DNA from: an uncultured Rhodopirellula sp.
Lineage (GTDB): Bacteria; Planctomycetota; Planctomycetia; Pirellulales; Pirellulaceae
Direction: 5' to 3'
NCBI GenBank assembly: GCA_964007735.1
Contig: CAXGAI010000046.1
Coordinates: 1-35,837 of the forward strand
Length of the DNA stretch: 35,837 nt
How positions within the stretch are numbered: the stretch's first letter is position 1; the number at the start of each line of letters is the position of its first letter. Shown here piece after piece: positions 8,901 through 18,133 of this stretch. Under the pieces are notes generated by a model. It had not been told where the DNA came from. It ran no database searches and saw nothing but the letters and a program-made list of their open reading frames with translations. The translations under genes were made by a program, and so were the position numbers.

Positions 8901-10124
8901 TTATTTGGCGGGAGTGACGGAGAGTGTAAACGCAACGGGCTTAGAAAGTCGGTGAATCCGTCGATCATAATCCTCCACAATCGGATCGAATTTGGGGATT
9001 TCTGAAGCGTTGTTTCCCTGTTCGTGTTTTCTGAAAAGGAAAAGATAGGTTTCGTTCTGCGGACGATGGCGATGGAAAAACATCATGTTTTTCTGGACGA
9101 TGGCGTCACGTAGATCGACAATTCTTTTTCGGGATATCGGGACTCTTATCTCTACGCCTTTTGCTAAATCGCCTTGGCTGAAGGTTCCGAGAAGGATGTC
9201 GTGTACCGTGACACGGTATTTACCTGTCCGAAGATTATCGATCGTGAGATTCGCCGATATTCCAGGTGGTCCTGGTGACATCGCTATTTGGCCTAAGGTG
9301 GTTTGATTAGGTGTGACCTCGATGGCAAGATGGTTACCGTCGCTTTTAGCCGCGACTACCGAGACTCCAGTGGACTTTCCACCAGGGTTTATTTGGATAT
9401 CTTCAAGCGGGATATTTAAAGCGTCGCAGAAGGAACTCGCTAGTCGTCGATAGCCCTCGGAGGTAAGGTGCACACCGTTACTAGTCAGGCCGGAGTGATC
9501 TTGGTTGATCCATAGTGTTTTGTCGGGCTTGTCGCTCACGCTCTCCTCATTCGGGAGCGGTGTAAGTGTCCCGAGGTCGATGAAGTGAGAATGATGAGAG
9601 GCCGCATGATGTTTAATTGCATCGCGGTATTGTTTTAGATCTTTGTTGTAGGTTTGAGGCGTCGGTAACGGTGGTCCTAGATTTTCGTAGGGCCTGGGCG
9701 CTAAGAAAATATATCGAGCGGAAAACTCATCAAGGTTTGCCGTTAGCATTTGCAGATTTGATTTGAACTGTTCAATGCCCTTAATTCCGGCATGGGCTTC
9801 GTTGCCGCCGTAGCAAATGATGATCACGGTAGGATTAGTAAGCTTCATATCACCGAGCAATCGTTCCATGCCGTTCTTTACGTCACCGAAGACCGCGCGG
9901 CTCTCCCCGAGTACATTATCTCCAGCCCAGCCGAGGTTCCTAAATCGGATATCATCCCCCATTCGACATCGAATCTCAGCTTCAACGTGGCCATGGATTT
10001 GCATGCGTTCAATAAACGTTCCACCGAGAAAAGTGACACGATCGCCCGACTTTAATAGTGGCTCAGCATATGACTGACTAATCAAAAAGAAAATTAAGCT
10101 TAATGCTGTGGCCAAGTAACGCAT
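8901..10124 (-). CDS. Secreted SGNH/GDSL-fold protein (non-canonical catalytic blocks)
   Basis: LKSGDRVTFLGGTFIER (block I), FRNLGWAGD (block II), CYGGNEA (block III) and NGVHLT (block V); signal peptide; GAGG RBS upstream. Confidence 0.85.
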   Translation of the reverse strand: MRYLATALSLIFFLISQSYAEPLLKSGDRVTFLGGTFIERMQIHGHVEAEIRCRMGDDIRFRNLGWAGDNVLGESRAVFGDVKNGMERLLGDMKLTNPTVIIICYGGNEAHAGIKGIEQFKSNLQMLTANLDEFSARYIFLAPRPYENLGPPLPTPQTYNKDLKQYRDAIKHHAASHHSHFIDLGTLTPLPNEESVSDKPDKTLWINQDHSGLTSNGVHLTSEGYRRLASSFCDALNIPLEDIQINPGGKSTGVSVVAAKSDGNHLAIEVTPNQTTLGQIAMSPGPPGISANLTIDNLRTGKYRVTVHDILLGTFSQGDLAKGVEIRVPISRKRIVDLRDAIVQKNMMFFHRHRPQNETYLFLFRKHEQGNNASEIPKFDPIVEDYDRRIHRLSKPVAFTLSVTPAK

Positions 10125-10197
10125 AGTCGTTAATAACCTCTCTCGGGTATAAAGGATTTATTACGCTAGATTTTATCAGATGAAAGAGACGTGTGGT

Positions 10198-11355
10198 TCA
10201 ACCGTAGTAACTAATTAACGCGTCTACTAGTTGGGACGGTTCGGGCCGAAATGGATTACCAGCCATGCTGTTACCGTAAGATCGGCCTACTATATCGGGG
10301 AGGTCATCAAGACTCAGCCCTACGGCGGTCAATTTATCCGGTATCTTTAGAACTCCGCACAGCGACCGCAAATGGGAAGTGAGTTCCTGAGGGGTCTGCA
10401 AACCGATAGCGTTTGCTAATTGGCAGTAACCTGCTGTGCAGAATTCCTGATTTAACTTCGCGGCAAACGGGAGAAGAATAGCACACGATTCACCGTGACT
10501 AAGATTGGCGGCTACTCCCAAAGCTGCAGAGAGACCATGAGCGACGCCGAGGCCAGCGTTCGCGAGCGAGACACCCGAATTGAATGCACAGTGCGCCATA
10601 GCAGTACGAGAATCGAGGTTTTCAGGCGACCGTATGGCCCCAATAATATTCATGATCCCAAGTTTAAATCCATCAAGTGCAATGGTGCGTGTATATGCAG
10701 TGGAGCGGGAGGAAATAAAGCTCTCAAAACATTGGGTAATTGCATCCATTCCCGAGTAAGTTGTTGTTTTGACGCCGCAGGACGTATGTATTTCCGGATC
10801 AATGATTACCAGTTTTGGAAGAAGTAACGGACTTCGGATACTTTTTTTAACACGATGTTCTGGGCTGTAAATCACCGCATTCTTTGTCGCTTCTGAACCA
10901 GTGCCGGCTGTAGTGGGTAGTAATATTGTGGTTCGGCCCGTGGCCTTCAACTCATGACCCGCCCCGACGCCCTCTAGGTAGTTTAGGACGTCAGTCGATG
11001 CGGATTGGTTAGACAATACGGAACAAGCTTTCACGCTATCCAGAGTACTACCTCCCCCGAGACCGATCACGGTACTAAAATTACCGGCCGCGAGCTGTTC
11101 GGTTAAGCCGTTAATTGTATCCAGTGTTGGCTCGCATGACGGGATCTGCACAAGATCGAGTTTGTCGCACTCCAAGCGCTCCATTATTTCACCGGCACAT
11201 CCGTTCGACACAAGTGTGTTGCTACCACATACAAGCGCTACAGTGTCTTTGCGGTGGATCGCATCTGATAGAAGATGTCTAGTTCCGCAACCGAACACGA
11301 CGCGGCTTGGCTGTTCAAGTTCAAATTTATATGACAAGCGATTACTCCCCTTCAT
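10198..11355 (-). CDS. Iron-containing alcohol dehydrogenase family protein
   Basis: Motifs FGCG, GLGGGSTLDSVK, PTTAGTGSEATKNAVI, IDPE, GMDAITQ, GVAHGLS and SHGE. Confidence 0.92.
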   Translation of the reverse strand: MKGSNRLSYKFELEQPSRVVFGCGTRHLLSDAIHRKDTVALVCGSNTLVSNGCAGEIMERLECDKLDLVQIPSCEPTLDTINGLTEQLAAGNFSTVIGLGGGSTLDSVKACSVLSNQSASTDVLNYLEGVGAGHELKATGRTTILLPTTAGTGSEATKNAVIYSPEHRVKKSIRSPLLLPKLVIIDPEIHTSCGVKTTTYSGMDAITQCFESFISSRSTAYTRTIALDGFKLGIMNIIGAIRSPENLDSRTAMAHCAFNSGVSLANAGLGVAHGLSAALGVAANLSHGESCAILLPFAAKLNQEFCTAGYCQLANAIGLQTPQELTSHLRSLCGVLKIPDKLTAVGLSLDDLPDIVGRSYGNSMAGNPFRPEPSQLVDALISYYG

Positions 11356-11452
11356 TTGCCCATCGTACTACCATCGGAAACTAAATTGATAGTACAATGA
11401 ACTGAGTTATTTTTGCTCAATCCTAATTACGAATTGTTATAGGAGGTTGTCC

Positions 11453-12598
11453 GTGCGTAATCTATTAAAGCAACAAATTTGTTTTTCCATTGGTTGTTTA
11501 CTGGCTTTTGTGATTTCCGTCCCAGCGGTGGAAGGGGTCGAGGTTGGCGATTTGACCCGGACAGTTAACGCCATAGGGCCGAAGGGGGTAGGGCATGCTA
11601 AGGCCAAGCTCGCGATGGCAGAGCTGGCAAAAGTGGACCCGTTGGAAGTAGTTTCCATATTAAAAGGCTTTGATAGCTCTAACAAATTGGCAGTCAACTG
11701 GCTACGGGCTGTGGTGGATTCGCGCTTGGAGGCGGCGTTGCAAGATGGCGACGGGATTCCTCTGGATGAATTAAGGGGATTTCTTTCCGACACGGGTAAT
11801 GATGTCTATGCTCGTCGCGTTGCGTATGAGTGGATTACCGAAGCCAATCCCGAACTGAAGGAAGAAATTCTAAAAGGTTCGCTAAACGATCCATCGCTTG
11901 AAATTCGCCGCGAAGCGATCGATAGTGCGTTGGCTAGAGCATTGGCTATTAAGAACGAGGCTGGTGACGAGTCATTACAGCAACTGAACAAAACTTTAAG
12001 TTCTGCACGAGATCTCGATCAGATTGACCTAATTACAGAGGAAATCGAATCTCTGGGTGGTGAAGTGGACCTACCTACACATTTTGGATTTTTGTTGACG
12101 TGGAATCTTATCGGCCCATTCGATAATAGTGGCACCAAAGGGTTTGATGTTGCTTATGCTCCGGAATCTATGGTCGATCTACAAAAAGTCGTTGAAGGCA
12201 AGGTGGGGAATATCAAGTGGTTCGAGCATTCGTCTAACGATCGGTACGGGTTGCTGGACTTAAATACTATTATGCCTGAAAAGTACAAAGGTGCGATTGC
12301 TTATGCTCATACAACGTTCGAATCCGACAAGAAGCAGTCAGTAGATCTTCGGTTGGGATGTATCAACGGGAACAAGATATGGGTGAACGGTAAGCTGGTT
12401 GGTTCGAATCACGTCTATCACGCTAACACTTCGATTGATCAATACATTTCGAGGGCTACCCTAGAAAAAGGCAAAAACGAAATTCTCGTAAAGATCGCGC
12501 AGAATGAGCAGGAAGAAAGTTGGGCACAACGTTGGCAATTCCAGTTGCGTATTTGTGATCAGTTTGGCACGGCGATTTTATCGGCAGATCGAAAATAG
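11453..12598 (+). CDS. Exported hypothetical protein, N-terminal HEAT-like helices + C-terminal PA14-like beta-sandwich
   Basis: AGGAGG at 11441-11446 favours the GTG at 11453. Signal peptide; WNLIGPFDN, AYAHTTF, KIWVNG and LEKGKNEILVKI motifs. Confidence 0.8.
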   Translation: MRNLLKQQICFSIGCLLAFVISVPAVEGVEVGDLTRTVNAIGPKGVGHAKAKLAMAELAKVDPLEVVSILKGFDSSNKLAVNWLRAVVDSRLEAALQDGDGIPLDELRGFLSDTGNDVYARRVAYEWITEANPELKEEILKGSLNDPSLEIRREAIDSALARALAIKNEAGDESLQQLNKTLSSARDLDQIDLITEEIESLGGEVDLPTHFGFLLTWNLIGPFDNSGTKGFDVAYAPESMVDLQKVVEGKVGNIKWFEHSSNDRYGLLDLNTIMPEKYKGAIAYAHTTFESDKKQSVDLRLGCINGNKIWVNGKLVGSNHVYHANTSIDQYISRATLEKGKNEILVKIAQNEQEESWAQRWQFQLRICDQFGTAILSADRK

Positions 12599-12612
12599 AA
12601 AAAGGAAAAATC

Positions 12613-13824
12613 ATGAAGAAATTCGAACTAATGGTCGGGATAATTCTCTTTCACCTTCTTAGCTTGTACAGCCTATCAGCAGACTGGGCGGAATTTCGTG
12701 GGCCGGATGGAAACCCGGTGCATGACGGTCAATTGCCTTTAACCTGGGATGTTGAAGGAAACCGAAATATTGGTTGGAAAGCTTCGCTGCCGGGAAGAGG
12801 GGTCTCCAGTCCGATTGCCGTGGGCGATCTGGTTATCGTCACATCAAGTGCAGGTGCGAAGCAACAGAAACTCTACGTTGTAGCATTCGATCAGGAAACC
12901 GGTAAGCAGCGTTGGAGACGTAGTTTTTGGGCAACCGGGAGGACGTATACTCACCCCACAAGTTCCAATGCCGCACCCACGCCTGTAAGCGACGGAGAAT
13001 ATGTATACGCGTTTTATTCCTCCAATGACCTAGCTTGCCTGGACTTAGCCGGAAATCTTATGTGGTACCGAGGACTTGCGAGTGATTACCCGAAGGCAGG
13101 TAATGATGTCGGTATGGCTTCATCACCCGCGATCGCAGGTGATGTAATTGTTGTCCAAATAGAAAACCAAGGGGATTCATTTGCTAGTGGAATCGATCGC
13201 CTCACGGGTGAAGAGGTTTGGCGTGTACCTAGAGATCCGCGAGCTAACTGGAGTTCTCCTGTTGCTTATGAAACGGAAGACGGTAGCTATACAGTGCTCC
13301 TTCAGTCACCGACCGGCTTGAAGGCGTTGGACGCAAAAACAGGCAATGAACGCTGGACAAAAGAGATGGCATGCGGCAATATTACCTCTCCTTTAAAAAT
13401 TGGAGATGCAATTTATTTTGGCGCCGGCGGCACGACGAGACTCAAGCTCAACTCCAAGGGGACGACACCGGAGGTAGTCTGGAATGCGAATCGTCTTACT
13501 GCGAACGCTGCCAGCCCCATTGTGGACGGCGATGATCTATATATTCTGTCCGGTTCGATTATCAAGTCCGCCGACAGTAGTACGGGCGACCTCAAATGGC
13601 AAGTTCGACTTAAAGGTCGGTTCTGGGCGACCCCAATACTCAGTAACGGTCATTTGTACTTTTTCAATCAGGATGGGCTTGTGCAAATTGTAAAGACGGG
13701 CGATTCGGGTGAGGTTGTTGAAGAGTTTGACGTGGGCGAGCCCGTCCTGGGGACTCCGGCAGCCGTTGGTGATGCGCTCTATTTTCGGAGCGATAAACAT
13801 CTTTGGAAAATCAGCCAACCTTAA
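12613..13824 (+). CDS. PQQ-binding-like / BamB-like beta-propeller repeat protein
   Basis: ADWAEFRGP, GVSSPI, AFDQETGKQRW, WSSPV, ALDAKTGNERW, FWATP and LYFRSDKHLW repeats; signal peptide. Confidence 0.9.
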   Translation: MKKFELMVGIILFHLLSLYSLSADWAEFRGPDGNPVHDGQLPLTWDVEGNRNIGWKASLPGRGVSSPIAVGDLVIVTSSAGAKQQKLYVVAFDQETGKQRWRRSFWATGRTYTHPTSSNAAPTPVSDGEYVYAFYSSNDLACLDLAGNLMWYRGLASDYPKAGNDVGMASSPAIAGDVIVVQIENQGDSFASGIDRLTGEEVWRVPRDPRANWSSPVAYETEDGSYTVLLQSPTGLKALDAKTGNERWTKEMACGNITSPLKIGDAIYFGAGGTTRLKLNSKGTTPEVVWNANRLTANAASPIVDGDDLYILSGSIIKSADSSTGDLKWQVRLKGRFWATPILSNGHLYFFNQDGLVQIVKTGDSGEVVEEFDVGEPVLGTPAAVGDALYFRSDKHLWKISQP

Positions 13825-13842
13825 TATTTAGGCTTAATAGTA

Positions 13843-15123
13843 GTGACTTCACCGTACCGAGTGCCATACCTTGGTAGGCCATTGTCTGGTTTTGTTCAAC
13901 CCCCGGGCTCAAAAAGTATTACGAATCGCGCGCTCATTTGCGCCGCCCTAGCTGACGGAGAGTCGAGGCTCGTTCGTGCACTCGATTCGGAAGATACGCA
14001 GGTCATGATTGATGGGCTTAATCAGCTTGGTATTGGTGTGACCTGGGAAGGTCGTGATTTACTGGTTCGTGGGTCTTCTGATCTTCGTTTAATAGATCAC
14101 AAAGACGTGTTTGTCGGTAACAGCGGAACGACGATTCGTTTCTTGTCATCTTTGGCCGCGGCAATTGGCGGAAGTTACCGTTTTGATGGTATTGAAAGAA
14201 TGCGTATGCGACCGATTAAGGATCTCGCAGATGCTTTCCAGCAATTGGGCGTTAAGGCCATTTGTAGTGAAACCGGCTGCCCGCCATTTGAGGTGATCTC
14301 TAATGGTTTCTTAGGTGGCGAATGTTTCGTACGTGGTGACATATCAAGTCAATATTTGAGTGGGCTTTTAATGGCGGCTGTTGCCGCATCAGAGGGTATC
14401 GAGGTCCGTGTCCAAGGAGATTTGGTATCAAAACCCTACGTTGACATTACCCTGTCTGTAATGGAAGCTTTTGGCGTGCCATTGGATAAGAGGGAATATC
14501 GGAGATTCGAAATCAAAAAAGGCCTCGGGTATCAGGCAACTGAATATAACATTGAGCCAGATGCGTCTGCCGCGAGTTACTTCTTTGCGGTGGCGGCTGT
14601 GACTGGAGGGACCGTTACCGTTGAAGGACTTTCCAAGCACGCCTTGCAAGGTGACGTCGCGTTCTGTGACTGCCTGGCTGAAATGGGATGTACAGTCCAA
14701 TACGATGAGGCTTGTATCACAATAACCGGCGGTGTACTGCAAGGCGTCGACGTGGATATGAATGCGATTAGCGATACGGTTCCTACCTTGGCCGTTGTTG
14801 CGCTCTTTGCTAACGGCCCTACCAATATTAGGAACGTTGAGCATGTAAGGCATAAAGAGACAGATCGGATAACGGATTTAGCTCGGGAACTGAGGAAGCT
14901 AGGTGCTAAGGTTGACGAGCGACAAGATGGTCTAACTATTACGCCCCGAGAGCTGTGTGGGGCGAGTGTCGATACTTATAACGACCATCGAATAGCGATG
15001 AGCTTTGCCGTGGCGGGCTTGATGATAAAAGACGTTTCTATTAACGACCCCATGTGCTGCGAGAAGACCTATCCCAACTTCTTCACCGATTTGGAAAAAC
15101 TGATCTCGGACTGCGACGTTTGA
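13843..15123 (+). CDS. aroA: 3-phosphoshikimate 1-carboxyvinyltransferase (EPSP synthase)
   Basis: Motifs PGSKSITNR, GNSGTTIR, RPI, ISSQY, DASAA, KETDR, YNDHRIAM and KTYPNF. Confidence 0.97.
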   Translation: MTSPYRVPYLGRPLSGFVQPPGSKSITNRALICAALADGESRLVRALDSEDTQVMIDGLNQLGIGVTWEGRDLLVRGSSDLRLIDHKDVFVGNSGTTIRFLSSLAAAIGGSYRFDGIERMRMRPIKDLADAFQQLGVKAICSETGCPPFEVISNGFLGGECFVRGDISSQYLSGLLMAAVAASEGIEVRVQGDLVSKPYVDITLSVMEAFGVPLDKREYRRFEIKKGLGYQATEYNIEPDASAASYFFAVAAVTGGTVTVEGLSKHALQGDVAFCDCLAEMGCTVQYDEACITITGGVLQGVDVDMNAISDTVPTLAVVALFANGPTNIRNVEHVRHKETDRITDLARELRKLGAKVDERQDGLTITPRELCGASVDTYNDHRIAMSFAVAGLMIKDVSINDPMCCEKTYPNFFTDLEKLISDCDV

Positions 15124-15136
15124 ACTTGCAGTGCTC

Positions 15137-15358
15137 TTAGCGAGGTTTGCCGGGCGTTTCACTGTTCGCTAGCAATTCATCTATCCTCGCGATGATTGTC
15201 TCAGCGGGATTGTCGGGTAGTCCATGGAGGGTGTCATCGGCGACGAAATCCCCACCGCAATGATTGCACATCATTTCTCTACCTAGGTATTCGATACGTA
15301 CCTGCAAATTGCGTCCACAAGTAGGGCACTCTTTTACGAAAAAGGTAGTTTGTGACAT
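15137..15358 (-). CDS. Small zinc-ribbon protein (CPTC-x19-CNHC), 73 aa
   Basis: MSQTTFFVKECPTCGRNLQVRIEYLGREMMCNHCGGDF... Start reassigned to ATG 15358 because the longer ORF overlaps the upstream gene and contains a promoter. Confidence 0.8.
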   Translation of the reverse strand: MSQTTFFVKECPTCGRNLQVRIEYLGREMMCNHCGGDFVADDTLHGLPDNPAETIIARIDELLANSETPGKPR

Positions 15359-15452
15359 TACAAATTTACTAAGTAGTGAGCAGAAATTCTGCCCATAGTT
15401 GTTCCGAAGGATGAGGCTACGATAAGCTGAAAATATGCCCCAAGAGGTAGTT

Positions 15453-15481
15453 ATTATAACGATACACAATGAAAACGGCAA
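15453..15481 (-). promoter_or_regulatory. sigma70-type promoter of the zinc-ribbon gene
   Basis: TTGCCG-17 nt-TATAAT on the minus strand, in the intergenic gap. Confidence 0.7.
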
Positions 15482-15518
15482 CTGCCACGAAGCAGCTCGC
15501 GAGTCGGTATTAGAAAAC

Positions 15519-17120
15519 CTAATCGTGGTAGGGCCACGGGTTTTGCCACGGATTGAGAAATGCATGATGCGCAGAATATACGCTAAATAAAATCGCGACA
15601 AGCAGTAGCACTAGCAAGAAAAACGATTTGCGGACTCTCAAAATACCGTGGGCTAAAAAGAGGCAATAAAAAGGCACTAGCCAAAACATCCAGCGAAACC
15701 CACTAGCCACTCCCCCATAATTACGATCTTGGAGCGGGCGTAGTGTATAGAAAATGAACAATACAGCCGTCATTGCCAAGGTGATCTGTGCGAGCGGTTT
15801 CCAGAATGAGTCACTCACCTTTAATTGTTTGATCATGGCAAAAAACGAGAAGATGAAGATGGGGGTGAGCGAAAAAAAGCCATGATGACCAATCACGATA
15901 TGGAATAGGTACGTAATTCTAGAAGCCTCTCCTAAGTCTACCCCAGCAGCCTCTCCAGGAAGCCAATAACTCCTGCGTCCATCTACCTCGTAATCGTACC
16001 AGTTATCCCATGTTCGTATTTCGTACGTAGATTCACTGCGAACTAGGGCATATCTTACATTGTTGGAGAAATCAAAGATCCGCCATCGGCCCTCAGTAGG
16101 GTGTTCCTCGATGCGATAATTACCCATTCCGGGCATCGATTCGCTCAAAAGATCAAGGTTATCCGGTAGCTCGCCTTGGATAAGCGAGTTTCCATCTTCA
16201 AAACTTAGGACCTCAACAACTTCGCCGTCAGACCGATGGGCGTAGGGTGGGCGCCATGAATTATGTGCTATTTTGTTGACCCCGAGATAGACGCCAAAAG
16301 TTAATAGGATTGCGGGAAGCCCAAACAACAGTGCACGCTTATAGTCGAGTGCCAAACACCAAATACCGATGAGACCGAGAAACGCAAGTGCGGGAAGTTC
16401 AAATGTGACGGCCATGGCACCGGAAAATCCAACATACGCATATCCGACTGAAGAATGGGGCTGAACTGTTAATTTTCGACATAGAAGGACTGTCAGAAGG
16501 GAGAAAAGTGCTGCCGGAATATGGTTGTTTATGGTGACAGCGAAGGTGCTGAGAAACGTACCGAAAATAATTGCGAATAGATAAAGCGCGTAGAGTCGTT
16601 TGTCCGTAAGAAGCGGCTTTGCTATACGCGCAAGTAGGACGATAATAGTGATGAAAAGCAAGGACTGGTTAAGGAAGGTTAAGAGTTTAATTACTTTCAG
16701 AGGTTGTTGGAGAATATTTAAACCAGTCGTTTTGTTCAGCAGCCAATACTGAGCGGCTAGTAACAGGTTGTATAGGGGAGGCTTACTGGAGTAGAATCGC
16801 TCCGTGCCCCTCGAATCTATATGGTAAACCTTGTCGATCGTTCCCCAGTTGCCCGCTTTTCCCCTTAATCGATCGATTTTATCGATCGCAAACGTTCCGT
16901 GGTGTACCAAAGCAACGACAGTTGACCATCGACTGCGGTCATTGGCACAATGCATACCCGTGACGGCTTCCCTTTTCTCGAGGAACTTTAGGTCGCGTTT
17001 ATCAGTTTTATCGAAGTGTACGTGCCAAAGGCAAAGTCGTAAGGCAATAAGCGAGATGCCTAACAGGATCAATAACCGAGCAAACCGCGGAAGTGTTTCT
17101 CGTTTTTGCGTCTCTATCAA
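15519..17120 (-). CDS. Polytopic membrane protein, probable GT-C-fold (polyprenol-phosphate-sugar dependent) glycosyltransferase
   Basis: About 10 hydrophobic segments; first external loop ANDRSRW...YSSKPP; NNH, ELP and GFRW motifs; lies directly downstream of GT2 and flippase-like genes; GGAG RBS before the TTG start. Confidence 0.65.
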   Translation of the reverse strand: MIETQKRETLPRFARLLILLGISLIALRLCLWHVHFDKTDKRDLKFLEKREAVTGMHCANDRSRWSTVVALVHHGTFAIDKIDRLRGKAGNWGTIDKVYHIDSRGTERFYSSKPPLYNLLLAAQYWLLNKTTGLNILQQPLKVIKLLTFLNQSLLFITIIVLLARIAKPLLTDKRLYALYLFAIIFGTFLSTFAVTINNHIPAALFSLLTVLLCRKLTVQPHSSVGYAYVGFSGAMAVTFELPALAFLGLIGIWCLALDYKRALLFGLPAILLTFGVYLGVNKIAHNSWRPPYAHRSDGEVVEVLSFEDGNSLIQGELPDNLDLLSESMPGMGNYRIEEHPTEGRWRIFDFSNNVRYALVRSESTYEIRTWDNWYDYEVDGRRSYWLPGEAAGVDLGEASRITYLFHIVIGHHGFFSLTPIFIFSFFAMIKQLKVSDSFWKPLAQITLAMTAVLFIFYTLRPLQDRNYGGVASGFRWMFWLVPFYCLFLAHGILRVRKSFFLLVLLLVAILFSVYSAHHAFLNPWQNPWPYHD

Positions 17121-17148
17121 GTTGGGACTCCTGCAACTTCGTATTCAG

Positions 17149-18129
17149 CTAGTGACCTGAAGAGTTAGCATTCAAACCAACGGTCTCGCGGACTGCATAA
17201 ATCTCGTCGTCCTTGGCAGTATGCTTTGTGACGAGTTCGGCTAAATAGCCTGTTGTAATCAATTGAATCCCGATGACAATACCGAATAACGCGAGATAGA
17301 ATATGGCTCGTTCATGGAGATGGAAACTAGGTGGTTGGTCTCCCAGACGATCTAGGAACCACGCTCCTACCAATCCCAAAGTGATACAACCAGATGCACC
17401 AAAGCAGGCTAATCCAAGGGTTCCGAGAAAATGTTGCGGACGATGCCCAAATCCGGTGAGGAGATAAACCGTAAGAAGGTCAAGGAATCCCTTCACGATA
17501 CGCCGGATTCCATATTTTGATTGGCCATAAAGACGTTTTCGGTGATTAATGACAATCTCGCCAACACGAAACCCACGGGCCGAGGCTAGCACGGGGACAA
17601 AACGGTGCAACTCGCCATAGAGTTGGACTTCTGACAGGACGGCTCTTCTGTAACATTTGAAACCGCAGTTATGGTCATGTAATTTAACTCGCGTTAGTCT
17701 ACTGACCATCCAATTAAAAATTCTGGACGGCCCAACCTTATGCCAGGGATCAAGACGGCGTTTTTTCCACCCACTTATTACGTCTAAATTCTCTTGTTCC
17801 AGTTTTTCTAGAAACCGAGGGATTTCAGCTGGGTCGTCTTGTAGATCGGCGTCCAAAGTGAAGACAACATCGCCCTCTGCCTGCTTGAATCCCGCGTTTA
17901 GTGCTGCGGCCTTTCCAAAGTTCTTTCTGAATCGAATACCCTTGACACTAGCATCGGTTGACTGCATGGCGAGAACTTCGCGCCACGAGTTGTCTGTCGA
18001 CCCGTCATCAATAAATATGATCTCATACTCATAGCCGTTAGCGTGACAAACCGACATAACCTGACGGTGTAATTCCGATAGGCTTTCTTCTTCGTTGTAA
18101 ACGGGAATTACAGCAGATAAGTAGGGCAT
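17149..18129 (-). CDS. GT2 family polyprenol-phosphate glycosyltransferase (ArnC/GtrB/DPM-synthase-like)
   Basis: Motifs VIPVYNEE, IDDGSTD, NFGKAAAL, LDADLQDDP, SGWK and DHNCGFK; two C-terminal TM helices. Confidence 0.92.
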   Translation of the reverse strand: MPYLSAVIPVYNEEESLSELHRQVMSVCHANGYEYEIIFIDDGSTDNSWREVLAMQSTDASVKGIRFRKNFGKAAALNAGFKQAEGDVVFTLDADLQDDPAEIPRFLEKLEQENLDVISGWKKRRLDPWHKVGPSRIFNWMVSRLTRVKLHDHNCGFKCYRRAVLSEVQLYGELHRFVPVLASARGFRVGEIVINHRKRLYGQSKYGIRRIVKGFLDLLTVYLLTGFGHRPQHFLGTLGLACFGASGCITLGLVGAWFLDRLGDQPPSFHLHERAIFYLALFGIVIGIQLITTGYLAELVTKHTAKDDEIYAVRETVGLNANSSGH

Positions 18130-18133
18130 AATG

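Noticed and set aside
15359..15601. N-terminal extension making the zinc-ribbon ORF 154 aa
   Set aside because: It overlaps the upstream gene's 3' end and spans a near-consensus promoter, so ATG 15358 is the better start.
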